Shown here: positions 9,819-19,769 of the stretch, in pieces
Numbering within the stretch: the stretch's first letter is position 1
Layout of the letters: each line of letters starts with the position of its first letter
Assembly (NCBI GenBank): GCA_963826115.1
Contig: CAWGVS010000005.1
Location: 2,048,001 to 2,112,000, forward strand
Length of the DNA stretch: 64,000 bases
Origin: an uncultured Candidatus Rokubacteria bacterium
Lineage (GTDB): Bacteria; Methylomirabilota; Methylomirabilia; Rokubacteriales; DASRDR01
Direction of reading: 5' to 3'
The notes under the pieces: model-generated
The model's database searches: none
What the model was told of the DNA's origin: nothing
What the model saw: only the letters and a program-made list of their open reading frames with translations
Translations under genes and position numbers: made by a program

Positions 9819-10649
9819 TCACGGGCGAACACCCACCGCCCCGTAGTAGTTGAGGCTCATGAAGAAGTCCCCACGGGCAGCGGCCGCCTCCGCGCTCCGG
9901 AGCCAGCGGAGGCCGTCCCGGGCGGCGACGACGCGCCACTGCGTCGCAAGGTCCACACGGCGCTCCAGCATGGCGCGGACGTAGTCGTCGTAGGCCCGAT
10001 CCACGACGACGAAGGCCTGGCTCCGGACGCGCGAAAGCCCGGCCAGCCGCAGGCGGCGCGCGAGCGTTCGCCCGCTCCACGGCTCGGCGTAGAAGCGCTC
10101 CGCGTGTCCATCGACGATCCGGCGGGTCAGCGCGCGATCGGGCACGTCCAGGACGAATGTCCCGAAGTCCTGATCGAGGACCGCCACCCGGCCTCCCGGC
10201 CGCGTGACACGCATCATCTCGCGGAGAATCCGGTCGCTCTCGGGCACGTGGAGGAGGACCGTGACCGCGAGCGCGACATCGAACGACGCCGACGCGAGCG
10301 GCAGGGCGAGACCGTCACCGTGACGGAACAGCGGCCGGGGGCCGGAGCCGGTGATCCGCGCCTGCCGCCGTGCCTCTCCGAGGAGCGCCCGGCTCGGATC
10401 GACGCCCACGACGGCGCCCCCGGCTCCCACACGCGCGGCGGCATCCCGCGTCACCACGCCCGTTCCGCAGCCGACGTCCAGCACGCGCATCCCGTCCCGG
10501 ACGCCCGCCAGCGACAGGAACGCCCGTCGAAGTCGCGCCTGATTCGGTTGCCTGCCCCGGGTTTCGAGAATCCGCGCGAATCGCGCGGGATCCGCCTCGC
10601 GATCGATCGCGCGATACGGGTCGACGGCTCCTGGCACCGCCGAGCTCAC
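9819..10649 (-). CDS. Class I SAM-dependent methyltransferase (UbiE-like)
   Basis: VLDVGCGTG, GVDPS, RVTRPGG. Confidence 0.85.
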   Translation of the reverse strand: MSSAVPGAVDPYRAIDREADPARFARILETRGRQPNQARLRRAFLSLAGVRDGMRVLDVGCGTGVVTRDAAARVGAGGAVVGVDPSRALLGEARRQARITGSGPRPLFRHGDGLALPLASASFDVALAVTVLLHVPESDRILREMMRVTRPGGRVAVLDQDFGTFVLDVPDRALTRRIVDGHAERFYAEPWSGRTLARRLRLAGLSRVRSQAFVVVDRAYDDYVRAMLERRVDLATQWRVVAARDGLRWLRSAEAAAARGDFFMSLNYYGAVGVRP

Positions 10650-10665
10650 GGGCGCGGGCCGCCGG

Positions 10666-10926
10666 TCACGAGCGGGCGGCGTACTTGTCGGCGCAGGTCG
10701 CGCTGCAGAAGTAGCGGGTCGCCGGGCCGCTCCCGCGGCTGATCGCCTTTTGGCGCGGGATGTAGGTCTCGCAGACGGGATCCTTGACGAGCTCGTCGAG
10801 ACCCGCGCGCCGCTTCGGCTCGGCGCGAGTCGCGCCGCGGAGCCCTCCGAGGAAGGAATACAGGCTCGCCCGAATGATCAGGAAGAGCAGGAAGGCCAGA
10901 ACCGCGAGGGCGAGAAAGCGGACCAC
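10666..10926 (-). CDS. Membrane-anchored YHS/TRASH domain protein
   Basis: N-terminal TM; KDPVCETY...YFCSATC. Confidence 0.8.
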   Translation of the reverse strand: MVRFLALAVLAFLLFLIIRASLYSFLGGLRGATRAEPKRRAGLDELVKDPVCETYIPRQKAISRGSGPATRYFCSATCADKYAARS

Positions 10927-10956
10927 GGCGCCTCGGGGTTCGCGGCGAAAGGACCG

Positions 10957-11298
10957 CTACCCGCTCTCCGGCTGGATGCGGACCGTGCGCAGGAAGTCCC
11001 GGTCGAGCTTCGTCAGCTCGTAGCGCAGGTCGCGCGCGTCTTCGCTGTCTTCCTCCGCCGCCTCTCCGGCGTCGGATGCGCGGTCCGCGTCCACGACCTC
11101 GGTTGCCTCGTCGGTCGCATCGTCGGCGGCCTCGTTCGAGCGGGCGGTCGCATCCGCCAAGAGGATGAGCCGCGGCTCGAAGCCGTTGCGTACGAGCTCA
11201 TCGAGCGCCTCGCGCACGGCGGAGGAGCCATCGAGCGAAGCCTCGACGGCCTCGATCAGCTTCGCCACCAGGTCGCGCACGACGTCCCGCTCGTCCAT
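10957..11298 (-). CDS. Hypothetical acidic protein
   Basis: Co-directional ORF with protein-like composition, ending ELTKLDRDFLRTVRIQ. Confidence 0.65.
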   Translation of the reverse strand: MDERDVVRDLVAKLIEAVEASLDGSSAVREALDELVRNGFEPRLILLADATARSNEAADDATDEATEVVDADRASDAGEAAEEDSEDARDLRYELTKLDRDFLRTVRIQPESG

Positions 11299-11338
11299 CA
11301 CGATGCTGCGCCCAGGATAGCCGTCGCTCGGGTCGGTG

Positions 11339-12151
11339 TCAAACTTCGGGACGTCGCCGGATGGCGTCTTCGAGGCGCCGGAAGCGTCGGCGGAGCGGCT
11401 CGAGCGCCTCGTCGTGCGTGATCACGTAGAGCGCGCCGGTCCGAATGGCCGCCAGCGTCTGCGCCGCGACGTCGTCGGGATCGAGGGTGCGCCCGATCAG
11501 CGTTATCTCGTTCCTTTCCTCGGCGCCCGCGGCGCTCCGCAGAGCGGAGGGCCGGTTCCGTCCCGCCTGCCGGATGCGCGTCGCGACACCCATCGGGCAC
11601 ACCACTGTGACCCCGATGCCGTGAGAGCGAAGGTCCTTGGCGAGGGTCTCGGAGAGCCCGACGACGGCGTACTTGGTGGTGTTGTACACCCCGAGCCCCT
11701 GCGAGGCGATCAGCCCCGCCATGGAGGCCGTGTTCACGATGTGCCCACCCTCCCCGCCCGCAATCATGCGCGGCACGAACGCCAGGAGGCCATGGACCAC
11801 GCCCCAGAGGTTGACGCCCACGACCCATTGCCAGTCCTCCCACGTGGCCGCCTCGAGCCCGCCGTGCACGACGACGCCCGCGTTGTTGCACAGGATGTGG
11901 GTCGCGCCGAAGTGGTCGAACACGCGGTCGGCCAGGAGATCCACCTGACGCCGGTCGGCGACGTCCGCGCGGACCGCCAGCCCCTCCGCGCCGGCAGCCG
12001 CCGCCTGTCGCACGGTCTCGGCGGCGTCGGCCTCGTCGATGTCGGCGACGACGACCCGGGCGCCTTCCCGGGCCAGGGCCAGGGCCAACGCACGGCCGAT
12101 GCCACTTCCTCCCCCCGTGACGACCGCGACCTTCTTGTCGAGGGTCTTCAT
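11339..12151 (-). CDS. Short-chain dehydrogenase/reductase
   Basis: TGGGSGIG, NNAG, YNTTK. Confidence 0.92.
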   Translation of the reverse strand: MKTLDKKVAVVTGGGSGIGRALALALAREGARVVVADIDEADAAETVRQAAAAGAEGLAVRADVADRRQVDLLADRVFDHFGATHILCNNAGVVVHGGLEAATWEDWQWVVGVNLWGVVHGLLAFVPRMIAGGEGGHIVNTASMAGLIASQGLGVYNTTKYAVVGLSETLAKDLRSHGIGVTVVCPMGVATRIRQAGRNRPSALRSAAGAEERNEITLIGRTLDPDDVAAQTLAAIRTGALYVITHDEALEPLRRRFRRLEDAIRRRPEV

Positions 12152-12825
12152 GGGTCGCGGGGCCGTTCGCCCCGCGCCTGGTGGATCGCGCGAAGCTGCG
12201 GGGCGACGACCTGCTCGTAGCACTGGGGACAGACCCCATGGCTGAACTGGGCGTCGGTATGGACGCTCAAGTATTCCTCCACCCGCTGCCAGTAGTTCTG
12301 GTCGTTCCGGATCTTCTTGCAGTAGGAGCAGATCGGCAGGAGGCCATGGAGCTGCTTGACGCGGGTCATGGCCACCTCGAGCTCGCGCACGCGCTCGGCC
12401 AGCTTGCGCCGGAGCTCCACCACGCGCATGGCCACGATCAGGCGGGCATGGAGCTCATCGTGATCGAAGGGCTTGCCCATGAAGTCGTCGGCCCCGGTCT
12501 CCAGGCCCCGAACGACGTTGGCCCGATCGGCATTGGCCGTGAGCAGGATCAGGTAGGGAGGTGTCGGGCTTCCCTGCGCTCGAACGCGCCGGCAGATCTC
12601 CACGCCGTGGATGCCCGGCATGACCCAGTCGAGGATCGCCACGGACGGGGCCTCGGGCCGCTGGAGCGCCGCCCACGCCTCGTCCCCGTCCACCGTGACC
12701 ACGACCCCGTGGCCCCAGCGCCGGAGCGTGGCCTCGAGAAGGCGACGGGACGCGGCGTCGTCCTCGGCGATGAGGACGGGGGGCAGCGCCACAGGGCTTG
12801 CCGCCGGGGAATCGAGCGTCGTCAT
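12148..12825 (-). CDS. Response regulator receiver protein with C-terminal Cys-rich (ICSYCK...SHGVCPQC) domain
   Basis: AEDD, LDWVMP, LLTA, KPF; overlaps the SDR start. Confidence 0.88.
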   Translation of the reverse strand: MTTLDSPAASPVALPPVLIAEDDAASRRLLEATLRRWGHGVVVTVDGDEAWAALQRPEAPSVAILDWVMPGIHGVEICRRVRAQGSPTPPYLILLTANADRANVVRGLETGADDFMGKPFDHDELHARLIVAMRVVELRRKLAERVRELEVAMTRVKQLHGLLPICSYCKKIRNDQNYWQRVEEYLSVHTDAQFSHGVCPQCYEQVVAPQLRAIHQARGERPRDP

Positions 12826-12959
12826 GGTGCGTCCCCTCCACCCTCAGGACGGCACGAGCGGTTCCGGGCGTCCCGAGTCGGCCTCCGCCTCCTCTAACAT
12901 GCCCCGCGAGAAGCCGGCGGGCACTCCTTCCACCGGGTCGGGACACTCTCCCATCAAAC

Positions 12960-14006
12960 CTACACCTCCGGAGCCTCGGAGCGGCCGGTCTCGAGCGACC
13001 GGTACGCCGCCAGCACCACCGCCAGATCGACGCGGGCGGATTCCGGAGGGAGAGCGGGCAGTCGTCCTTCCCGCACCGCCGCGACGAACTCGCCCAGCTG
13101 GGCCACCAGCCCCCGCTTGTCGCGCACGAACGCGCGGGCGCGCCTGATGGAGCGACCCCGGAGCCAGAGAGCGCGGCCCCGGTGGTCCACGCCAAGGGAT
13201 CCCTCGCTGCCGGTCACCCAGGCCCACTGGAGGCGGGGCAGGCCGGGGGCCGCAATGGAGTTGACCAGCGTCGCCACCGCACCACCTTGGAACCGGACGA
13301 GCAGGAAGACCGTGTCCTCGCCTTCGACCGTGGGGAACAAGTTCGGAGGCGCCTGGGCGAAGATCTTCGCGATCGGTCCCGCCCAGTCCTGCAGGAGGTG
13401 CAGGTAGTGGATGCCGCCGTCGATCAGGAGCCCGCCTCCCATCTCGGCGCGCCGGCTCCGCCAGCCCACGGGTCGCCGGTGGCCGCGCGCCGCCACGACG
13501 ATCTGACGCACCTCGCCGATCGCTCCGTCCCGCAGATAGCCACGCACCGCGACGAAGCCCGGCGCGAAGTGCACGTTCTCGGCCACCATCAGCACCACGC
13601 CCGCCGAACGCGCCGCCGAGAGGATGCCGTCGGCCTCGGCGAGAGTTCGCGCGATCGGTTTCTCGAGCAGGATGGCCTTGCCGTGCTCGGCGGCCAGGCG
13701 CGCGTGCGCCTCGTGCAGGTGGTGAGGCGTGCAGACGACGAGGGCATCGACGCGAGGGTCTGCGGCCGCAGCCTCGTAGGAGCCGAAGGCGGCGAAGCCT
13801 CCGAAGCGCCGCCGGTAGGCTTCCGCCCGGTCCGCATCGCGGCTCGCGAACGCGATCCGCACCGCGCCACCCAGCTGCCGGGCGGCGCGAGCGTGAAACG
13901 CGGCGAAACGGCCGCATCCCACGACGCCAAGCCCGAGCGGGCCCGAGCCCGGCCACGCGCGGAGCGGGCGGATCGAAGGGCCACCGCTCGCGTGCGGCAC
14001 CGCCAT
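12960..14006 (-). CDS. Gfo/Idh/MocA family oxidoreductase
   Basis: GVVGCG, TPHHLH, LEKPIA, GGGLLIDGGIH. Confidence 0.9.
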   Translation of the reverse strand: MAVPHASGGPSIRPLRAWPGSGPLGLGVVGCGRFAAFHARAARQLGGAVRIAFASRDADRAEAYRRRFGGFAAFGSYEAAAADPRVDALVVCTPHHLHEAHARLAAEHGKAILLEKPIARTLAEADGILSAARSAGVVLMVAENVHFAPGFVAVRGYLRDGAIGEVRQIVVAARGHRRPVGWRSRRAEMGGGLLIDGGIHYLHLLQDWAGPIAKIFAQAPPNLFPTVEGEDTVFLLVRFQGGAVATLVNSIAAPGLPRLQWAWVTGSEGSLGVDHRGRALWLRGRSIRRARAFVRDKRGLVAQLGEFVAAVREGRLPALPPESARVDLAVVLAAYRSLETGRSEAPEV

Positions 14007-14049
14007 GTCGCGCATCCTACGCACCCTTCCGAGGCCGCGCAACGTCGGA

Positions 14050-14055
14050 TACAAT
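14050..14055 (+). promoter_or_regulatory. -10 element TACAAT 6 nt before the thiolase ATG; probable leaderless transcript
   Basis: TACAAT CGGGGC ATG. Confidence 0.55.
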
Positions 14056-14061
14056 CGGGGC

Positions 14062-15222
14062 ATGCGAAGGATCGCGGTCGTCGGCGTCGGCGTGACGAAG
14101 TTCGGCAAGCACGATCGGACGTGCGCGGAGCTGTTCGCGGAGGCCGGGCTCGACGCCCTGGTGGACGCGGGAATCCGCCCGCGTCAGGTCCAGGGCGTGT
14201 ACGTCGGCAACGTCGTCGGCGAGGCCGGCGAGCGGCAGCTCCACCTCGGCCCGCAGGTCACCTCGGCGCTGGGCATCCCGGAGGTGGCGGCGACGCGGTT
14301 CGAGACCGCCTGCGCCTCGAGCCACGCCGCCTTCCGCCACGCGCTGTTCGAGATCGCCTCCGGCGCGGCGGACGTGCTGCTCGTGGGCGGCACCGAGCGG
14401 GTCCTGACGATGTCCACCGAGCGCTCGACCGAGGTGTTCGCCTACGCCTCCGATGCGATCTTCGAGCAGCCGGCCGGCCTGACGTTCCCGGGCGTCTTCG
14501 CGCTGATCGCCCGCGCCCACATGGCGAAGCACGGCACGACCGAGGAGCAGATGGCGCACGTAGCCGTGAAGAACCACCGCCACGGCGCGCGCAATCCCAA
14601 GGCCCAGTTCCAGAAGGAGATCACGCTCGACCAGGTGCTGCGTAGCGCCAAGGTCGCGGATCCGCTCAAGCTCTACGACTGCTGCCCGTTCTCCGACGGC
14701 GCGGCCGCGGTCGTCATCGCCTCCGAGGAGGTCGCGGCGAGGACGCGGAAGCCCGTGTGGGTGCTGGGCTCGGCCCAGGCGGGAGACTCCATGTGCCTGC
14801 ACGACAAGCGGGATCTCGCGCGGGCCGTTGCCACGGAGCGCGCGGCGCTGGCGGCCTACCAGCAGGCCGGGCTCGGGCCCCGGGACGTGGACGTCGTCGA
14901 GCTCCACGACTGCTTCACGATCGCCGAGATCGTCGCCACCGAGGGCTTGGGCCTCTGCGAGCCGGGCACGGGCGGGATCGCGGCGGAGAAGGGGGAGACG
15001 AGCCTGGGGGGCCGGATTCCGGTGAACGTGTCCGGCGGCCTCAAGGCCAAGGGGCACCCGATCGGGGCGACCGGCGCGGCGCAAGTGGCCGAGATCGCCA
15101 CCCAGCTCCGCGGCGAGGCTGACCGGCGCCAGGTCGAGGGGGCCGCGGTCGGGCTCACCCACACGCTGGGCGGGAACACCGCCACCGTCCTCGTCAGCCT
15201 CTTCGGCCGCGAGCCGCGATGA
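14062..15222 (+). CDS. SCP2-type (PhlC-like) thiolase family protein
   Basis: ETACASS, SDGAAA, ELHDCFT, SGGLKAKGHPIGATG. Confidence 0.9.
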   Translation: MRRIAVVGVGVTKFGKHDRTCAELFAEAGLDALVDAGIRPRQVQGVYVGNVVGEAGERQLHLGPQVTSALGIPEVAATRFETACASSHAAFRHALFEIASGAADVLLVGGTERVLTMSTERSTEVFAYASDAIFEQPAGLTFPGVFALIARAHMAKHGTTEEQMAHVAVKNHRHGARNPKAQFQKEITLDQVLRSAKVADPLKLYDCCPFSDGAAAVVIASEEVAARTRKPVWVLGSAQAGDSMCLHDKRDLARAVATERAALAAYQQAGLGPRDVDVVELHDCFTIAEIVATEGLGLCEPGTGGIAAEKGETSLGGRIPVNVSGGLKAKGHPIGATGAAQVAEIATQLRGEADRRQVEGAAVGLTHTLGGNTATVLVSLFGREPR

Positions 15223-15626
15223 GCGTGCCGGCCGCGACGTCGGACGCGACGCGCGGCATGACCACGCGCGAGTTCTTCGAAGGCGTGCGAGAGGGTCGCC
15301 TCGTCGTCCAGCGGTGCGCAGCTTGTCGAGCGCTCGCGGTGCCTCCCAAGGCGGTCTGTCCGAGCTGTGAAGGCGTCCGCTGGGAGCGTTCGACGCTCGA
15401 CGGTGACGGCGAGATCGCCTCGTACACGGTGATCCGCGTCCCGCCCGCCCAGTTCGCCGCCGAGGCGCCCTTCGTGGTGGCCGTCACCCGAATGGTCGAG
15501 GGCGTGTCGCTTCTGGGCCGCCTGGCCGGCATGCCGATCGACTCCGTGCGCGTCGGCATGCCGGTTCGCTTCGGCGGTTCGGCCACGAGCACCGACCCGC
15601 CCGTCATCCTGTTCCGTCCCCGCTAG
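15219..15626 (+). CDS. DUF35 Zn-ribbon/OB-fold protein (thiolase partner)
   Basis: QRCAAC...CPSC, SYTVI; ATGA overlap with thiolase. Confidence 0.88.
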   Translation: MSVPAATSDATRGMTTREFFEGVREGRLVVQRCAACRALAVPPKAVCPSCEGVRWERSTLDGDGEIASYTVIRVPPAQFAAEAPFVVAVTRMVEGVSLLGRLAGMPIDSVRVGMPVRFGGSATSTDPPVILFRPR

Positions 15627-15768
15627 CCCGTCGAGCCTTCTCGCCCCAGGATCATGTCTCCCTCGGCGGTGCATCGAGGGAACTCGCCTCTCGCCCGCAG
15701 GGTTGCATAATGGAGAGGAGCGCTGCGGAGCTATGACGACTGCGACGCCGCGCTCCAGGAGGCCAAAC

Positions 15769-16791
15769 GTGCAGACGCCCCGCATCGTCGCCACCGGCAC
15801 AGCCGTGCCCGCCCGGCGCTTCACCCAGGAGGAGCTCGCCGACCTCTTCGGCTATGGCGATGGGCTTCAGCGCAGCTTCTTTCACAACAGCGGCATCGAC
15901 GGAAGAAATCTCTACATCACCGCCGCCGAACCCCGGCGCGAGACCATCGACGAGCTGTCGGCCCGATTCGCGGAGGGCAGCGTGCGGTTGGGCGTCGAGG
16001 CCGTCGAGACCTGTCTCGCCCGGGCCGGGCTGGGCACGGCGGACGTCGACTTTCTCGTGACGACGACCTGCACGGGCCGACTCGTCCCGAGCCTCGACGC
16101 ACACCTGATCGGAGCGCTCGGCCTCCGGACAGACGTGCAGCGCGTTCACGTAGGAGACACCGGCTGCGCCAGCGCGATGGTCGCCCTCCAGCAGGCGTGG
16201 AACTATCTCCGTGCCTTCCCGGAGCGTCGCGCGCTCGTCGTGTCGGTCGAGCTGTGCTCCACCACCTACTATCTGGACGACGAGGCGGAGACCGCGGTGG
16301 CGAATGCAATCTTCTCGGATGGGGCCGCCGCGGTGCTCCTCAGCACGAGCGGCGACGGGCCAGAGGTCCTCGGTCACCGGACGCTGATCCGTCCGGAGTA
16401 CCTGGATCGCATGGGATTCACCTTCCCGGGCGGCTCCTATCGCATCCGCTTGTCGCCAGAAGTCCGGCGGATCGCGCCGGCGATGATGGACGAGCTGACC
16501 GGTACGCTCCTCAAGGACCACGATCTCACCAGGGAGGACGTGAGTTTCTGGGTGCTCCACTCCGCTGGCCGGCGGGTGATCGAGAACGCGCAAGCCCTGC
16601 TGGGCCTGTCCGACGCCGATGTCGCCTACTCCCGGGACGTTCTCCGCCGGCTCGGGAATCTTTCGTCCGCCACCGTGCTCTTCGTCCTCGAAGCGGTTCT
16701 CCAGAGCGGCCGGCCGCGGCCGGGCGACGTGGGTCTCATGGTCGCGCTCGGCCCCGGTTTCGCGGCCGAGGGCGCACTGCTCCGATTCTAG
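15769..16791 (+). CDS. Type III polyketide synthase
   Basis: Cys-His-Asn triad: TGCASA, LHSAG, GNLSSA; AGGAGG before GTG; C-terminal GPGF. Confidence 0.9.
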   Translation: MQTPRIVATGTAVPARRFTQEELADLFGYGDGLQRSFFHNSGIDGRNLYITAAEPRRETIDELSARFAEGSVRLGVEAVETCLARAGLGTADVDFLVTTTCTGRLVPSLDAHLIGALGLRTDVQRVHVGDTGCASAMVALQQAWNYLRAFPERRALVVSVELCSTTYYLDDEAETAVANAIFSDGAAAVLLSTSGDGPEVLGHRTLIRPEYLDRMGFTFPGGSYRIRLSPEVRRIAPAMMDELTGTLLKDHDLTREDVSFWVLHSAGRRVIENAQALLGLSDADVAYSRDVLRRLGNLSSATVLFVLEAVLQSGRPRPGDVGLMVALGPGFAAEGALLRF

Positions 16792-16799
16792 GTCTCGTC

Positions 16800-17531
16800 G
16801 TGGCGCCGCTGGCCCGCGAAGCCTCACGCACCGAGTTGATGGATCGGCTCGAGGCGTCCCCCGCCGAGCTCGCCCGGAACCTCGCCGACATCGCCCGTCT
16901 GAACCGGATCGGCGCCACCCAGGCCATCCTGCGGCACGTCGCGCCGTTTCTCGCGCTGCTCTCCCCGGGCGAGACCCTCCGGATCCTCGACGTCGGCACC
17001 GGGGCGGCGGACATCCCGCTGGCCCTCGCGGGATGGGCCCGGCATCACGGTCATCGCGTGCGGATCGTGGCCCTCGAGCTTCATCCGACCATCCTGCGGT
17101 ACGCCGCGCGTGCCGCGACGGGCACGCCCGAGGTGAGCGTCGTCGCGGGCGACGCGCTCGAGACACCGATCCGCCCGGGTTCAGTCGACGTGGCGATCTG
17201 CTCGTTGGTCCTCCACCATCTGCCGGAGGAAGCCGTGGTCGCTCTGCTCCGACGGCTCGCCGACCTGGCGCGCCTTGGCTTCGTCGTGAGCGATTTCCGG
17301 CGGGGACGGGTCGCCTGGGCCGCTGTGTGGCTCGTCACGCGGGCCGTCTCCCGGAGCCGGATGACCCGACACGACGGGCCCCTCTCGGTGCGACGGGCCT
17401 ATACCCCGGAGGAGCTGGCGCTCCTGTCACGACGCGCCGGGCTCCCCGACATCCGGTGGCACCGGGCCCCTGCATTCCGTCAGATCGGCGTCTGGACCCG
17501 CGCGAGCGCCGGGACCGGTCATGACGGCTGA
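16800..17531 (+). CDS. SAM-dependent methyltransferase (type III PKS-associated)
   Basis: ELMD, ILDVGTGAADIP, SLVLHH, TRHDGPLSVRRAYT. Confidence 0.85.
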   Translation: MAPLAREASRTELMDRLEASPAELARNLADIARLNRIGATQAILRHVAPFLALLSPGETLRILDVGTGAADIPLALAGWARHHGHRVRIVALELHPTILRYAARAATGTPEVSVVAGDALETPIRPGSVDVAICSLVLHHLPEEAVVALLRRLADLARLGFVVSDFRRGRVAWAAVWLVTRAVSRSRMTRHDGPLSVRRAYTPEELALLSRRAGLPDIRWHRAPAFRQIGVWTRASAGTGHDG

Positions 17532-18783
17532 TGCCGTCATAGTCGGCGCGGGGCCGGCGGGGGCCGCCACCGCGATCTTCCTCGCTGAGCAGGGGCTTTC
17601 CGTGGTCCTTCTCGATCGCGCGCGATTTCCCCGCGACAAGGTCTGCGGCGAGTACCTCTCGCCGGCGGGGCGCCGGATCCTGGACCGCCTGGGCGTCCTC
17701 TCCAGGGTGGAGGCGCGCGGGGCGCGTAGGCTCCGAGGGATGCGCATCCTCGCGCCCGACGGCACCCTCCTCGTCGCCGACTACCCCACCGATGAACCCT
17801 GGCACGGCCGTCGTCCGTACGCTCTCGCCATGCGTCGTCGGGCGCTCGACCTGGCGCTCGTGGAGCGCGCACGGGAGGTCGGCGTCACGGTCCGCGAAGG
17901 GATGCGCGTGAACGATCTTCTCCGCTCAGGCAGGCGGGTGAGCGGCGTGGTCGCCGAGCCCATCGAGGCCGGAGGACGGGGCCCCGCGGAGCGCGTCTCC
18001 GCGCGGCTGGTCGTCGCCGCCGACGGCCGCACCTCGGTGGTCGCCGAGCGGCTGGGACTCCGGCGCCCGCACCGCTGGCTCCATCGGCTCGCGCTGGTCG
18101 CCGACGTGGCAGGCGCGTGCGGCGACCCCGAGCGAGGCGAGATCCTCCTCGCTCCGCCCCACTACTCGATCCTGAATCCGGTGGCCCCCGGCGTGGGAAA
18201 CCTGAGCCTCGTGGTCCCGATCGAGGAGGCGCGGCGGCAGAAGGCCGATCTTGCTGGCTACTTCGACAGGGCCACCCGGGCCCTGCCGGGATTCCGAGAA
18301 CGACTGCGCGACGCTCGGCGTGTGGGACCGGTCCGCGCCCTGGGCCCTCTCGCCTACCGTGTCGATCCCCCGTCCCAGGACGGGGTTCTCCTGGTGGGGG
18401 ACGCCGCCGGCTTCCTCGATCCCTTCACGGGCGAGGGGATCTACGCGGCCCTCCGCTCCGCCGAGCTCGCGGCGGAGGTCGGAACCCGGGCCCTACGGAC
18501 CGGCGACGTTTCCGCTGCCGCGCTACGGCCCGCTCACGTCCGGCGCGCGGTGGAGTTCGCGGCCAAGACCCGGGTGACCCTTCTCCTCCAGCGTGTCATC
18601 GCTCACCGGGCCCTCTCGGTCGCCGCTGCACGGCTCCTGGCTGCCCGGCCCGCCCATCTTTCGCGCCTGATGGGCGTCCTCGGTGACTTCGTGCGACCGG
18701 GCGCCCTCCTGGCGCCGGGATTCCTCGCCGGTCTCCTTGCACGCCCCCGGTCCCGCCTGGTGCGGTCACCGGAGATCCGCTAA
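17521..18783 (+). CDS. FAD-dependent oxidoreductase (geranylgeranyl reductase-like)
   Basis: VGAGPAG, FPRDKVCGE, ADGR, GDAAGFLDPFTGEGI. Confidence 0.9.
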   Translation: MTADAVIVGAGPAGAATAIFLAEQGLSVVLLDRARFPRDKVCGEYLSPAGRRILDRLGVLSRVEARGARRLRGMRILAPDGTLLVADYPTDEPWHGRRPYALAMRRRALDLALVERAREVGVTVREGMRVNDLLRSGRRVSGVVAEPIEAGGRGPAERVSARLVVAADGRTSVVAERLGLRRPHRWLHRLALVADVAGACGDPERGEILLAPPHYSILNPVAPGVGNLSLVVPIEEARRQKADLAGYFDRATRALPGFRERLRDARRVGPVRALGPLAYRVDPPSQDGVLLVGDAAGFLDPFTGEGIYAALRSAELAAEVGTRALRTGDVSAAALRPAHVRRAVEFAAKTRVTLLLQRVIAHRALSVAAARLLAARPAHLSRLMGVLGDFVRPGALLAPGFLAGLLARPRSRLVRSPEIR

Positions 18784-18796
18784 GCTTCGGGCCGTC

Positions 18797-19621
18797 GTGG
18801 ATCCGCGCAGCCGGCTCGTGGCGCTGGCCGGGACGGTCGATGCTCGCTCGCTCGCCGAGGGAGCGCTCTGGATCGCCGCCGAGGCTTGTCCCGGGCTCGA
18901 CGTCCCGCACTGGATGGGACGCCTCGATGCACTGGGGCACCGCGCGTCCGAACGGCTCACGTCGGAGATGGACGTGGACCGGGCGGCCTCCGCCGTGGCC
19001 GGGTTTCTCTTCGAGGAGGAGGCGTTCCGGGGCAACACGGAGGACTACTACGACCCTCGCAACAGCTTCCTCAACGACGTGCTCGACCGCCGGCTCGGCA
19101 TCCCGATCACGCTCTCCGTGGTGTACGTGGCCGTCGCGGCCCGGGCGGGGCTCGAGGCCGCCGGCGTGGGCCTGCCGGGTCACTTCGTCGTGCGGGCCGA
19201 GCGCGGCGGCCGCCACCGGCTTCTCGATCCCTTTCACGGCGGCAGGCTCCTCGACCGTGCCGCCTGCGAGGCGCTGGTCTCGCGGGTCCGCCCCGGCGGC
19301 GGCCCGCTCGACCCGCGCTGGCTCACGCCGGTCACGACGCGCCAGATCTTCGTCCGGATGCTCAGCAATCTGAAGGCCGTGTACTCGGCGCTCGGAGACT
19401 GGGCGCGCGCCCTGGCCGCCGTGGAGCGCATCCTTCTGCTCCTTCCCGACTCACTGGAGGAGATCCGCGATCGCGGCACGCTCAACGCCCGGCTCGGGAA
19501 CGCGGCGGCGGCCGTGCAGGACTGGGACACGTATCTCCAGCGCGCGCCGGAGGCGTCCGACGCCCGCGTGGTCCGAAACCGGCTGCGCGCGCTGCGCCAG
19601 GCCCTGGCCTCCCGGAACTGA
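18797..19621 (+). CDS. SirB1-like transglutaminase-core/TPR protein
   Basis: FRGNTEDYYDPRNSFLNDVLDRRLGIPITL, GLPGHF, RDRG. Confidence 0.9.
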   Translation: MDPRSRLVALAGTVDARSLAEGALWIAAEACPGLDVPHWMGRLDALGHRASERLTSEMDVDRAASAVAGFLFEEEAFRGNTEDYYDPRNSFLNDVLDRRLGIPITLSVVYVAVAARAGLEAAGVGLPGHFVVRAERGGRHRLLDPFHGGRLLDRAACEALVSRVRPGGGPLDPRWLTPVTTRQIFVRMLSNLKAVYSALGDWARALAAVERILLLLPDSLEEIRDRGTLNARLGNAAAAVQDWDTYLQRAPEASDARVVRNRLRALRQALASRN

Positions 19622-19769
19622 TCACCACGCTCAGCGGGACTCTGATCACCTCACGCGGACTCCGGTCGCTCAGCAGCATCGCCGCCTGGTCGTCCATGAG
19701 GGCCCGCTCGAGGGCCAGCCTCCGATGATCAGCGTCGAGATTCCTTGCGGCCGGCCGGGGGCGGTCACT

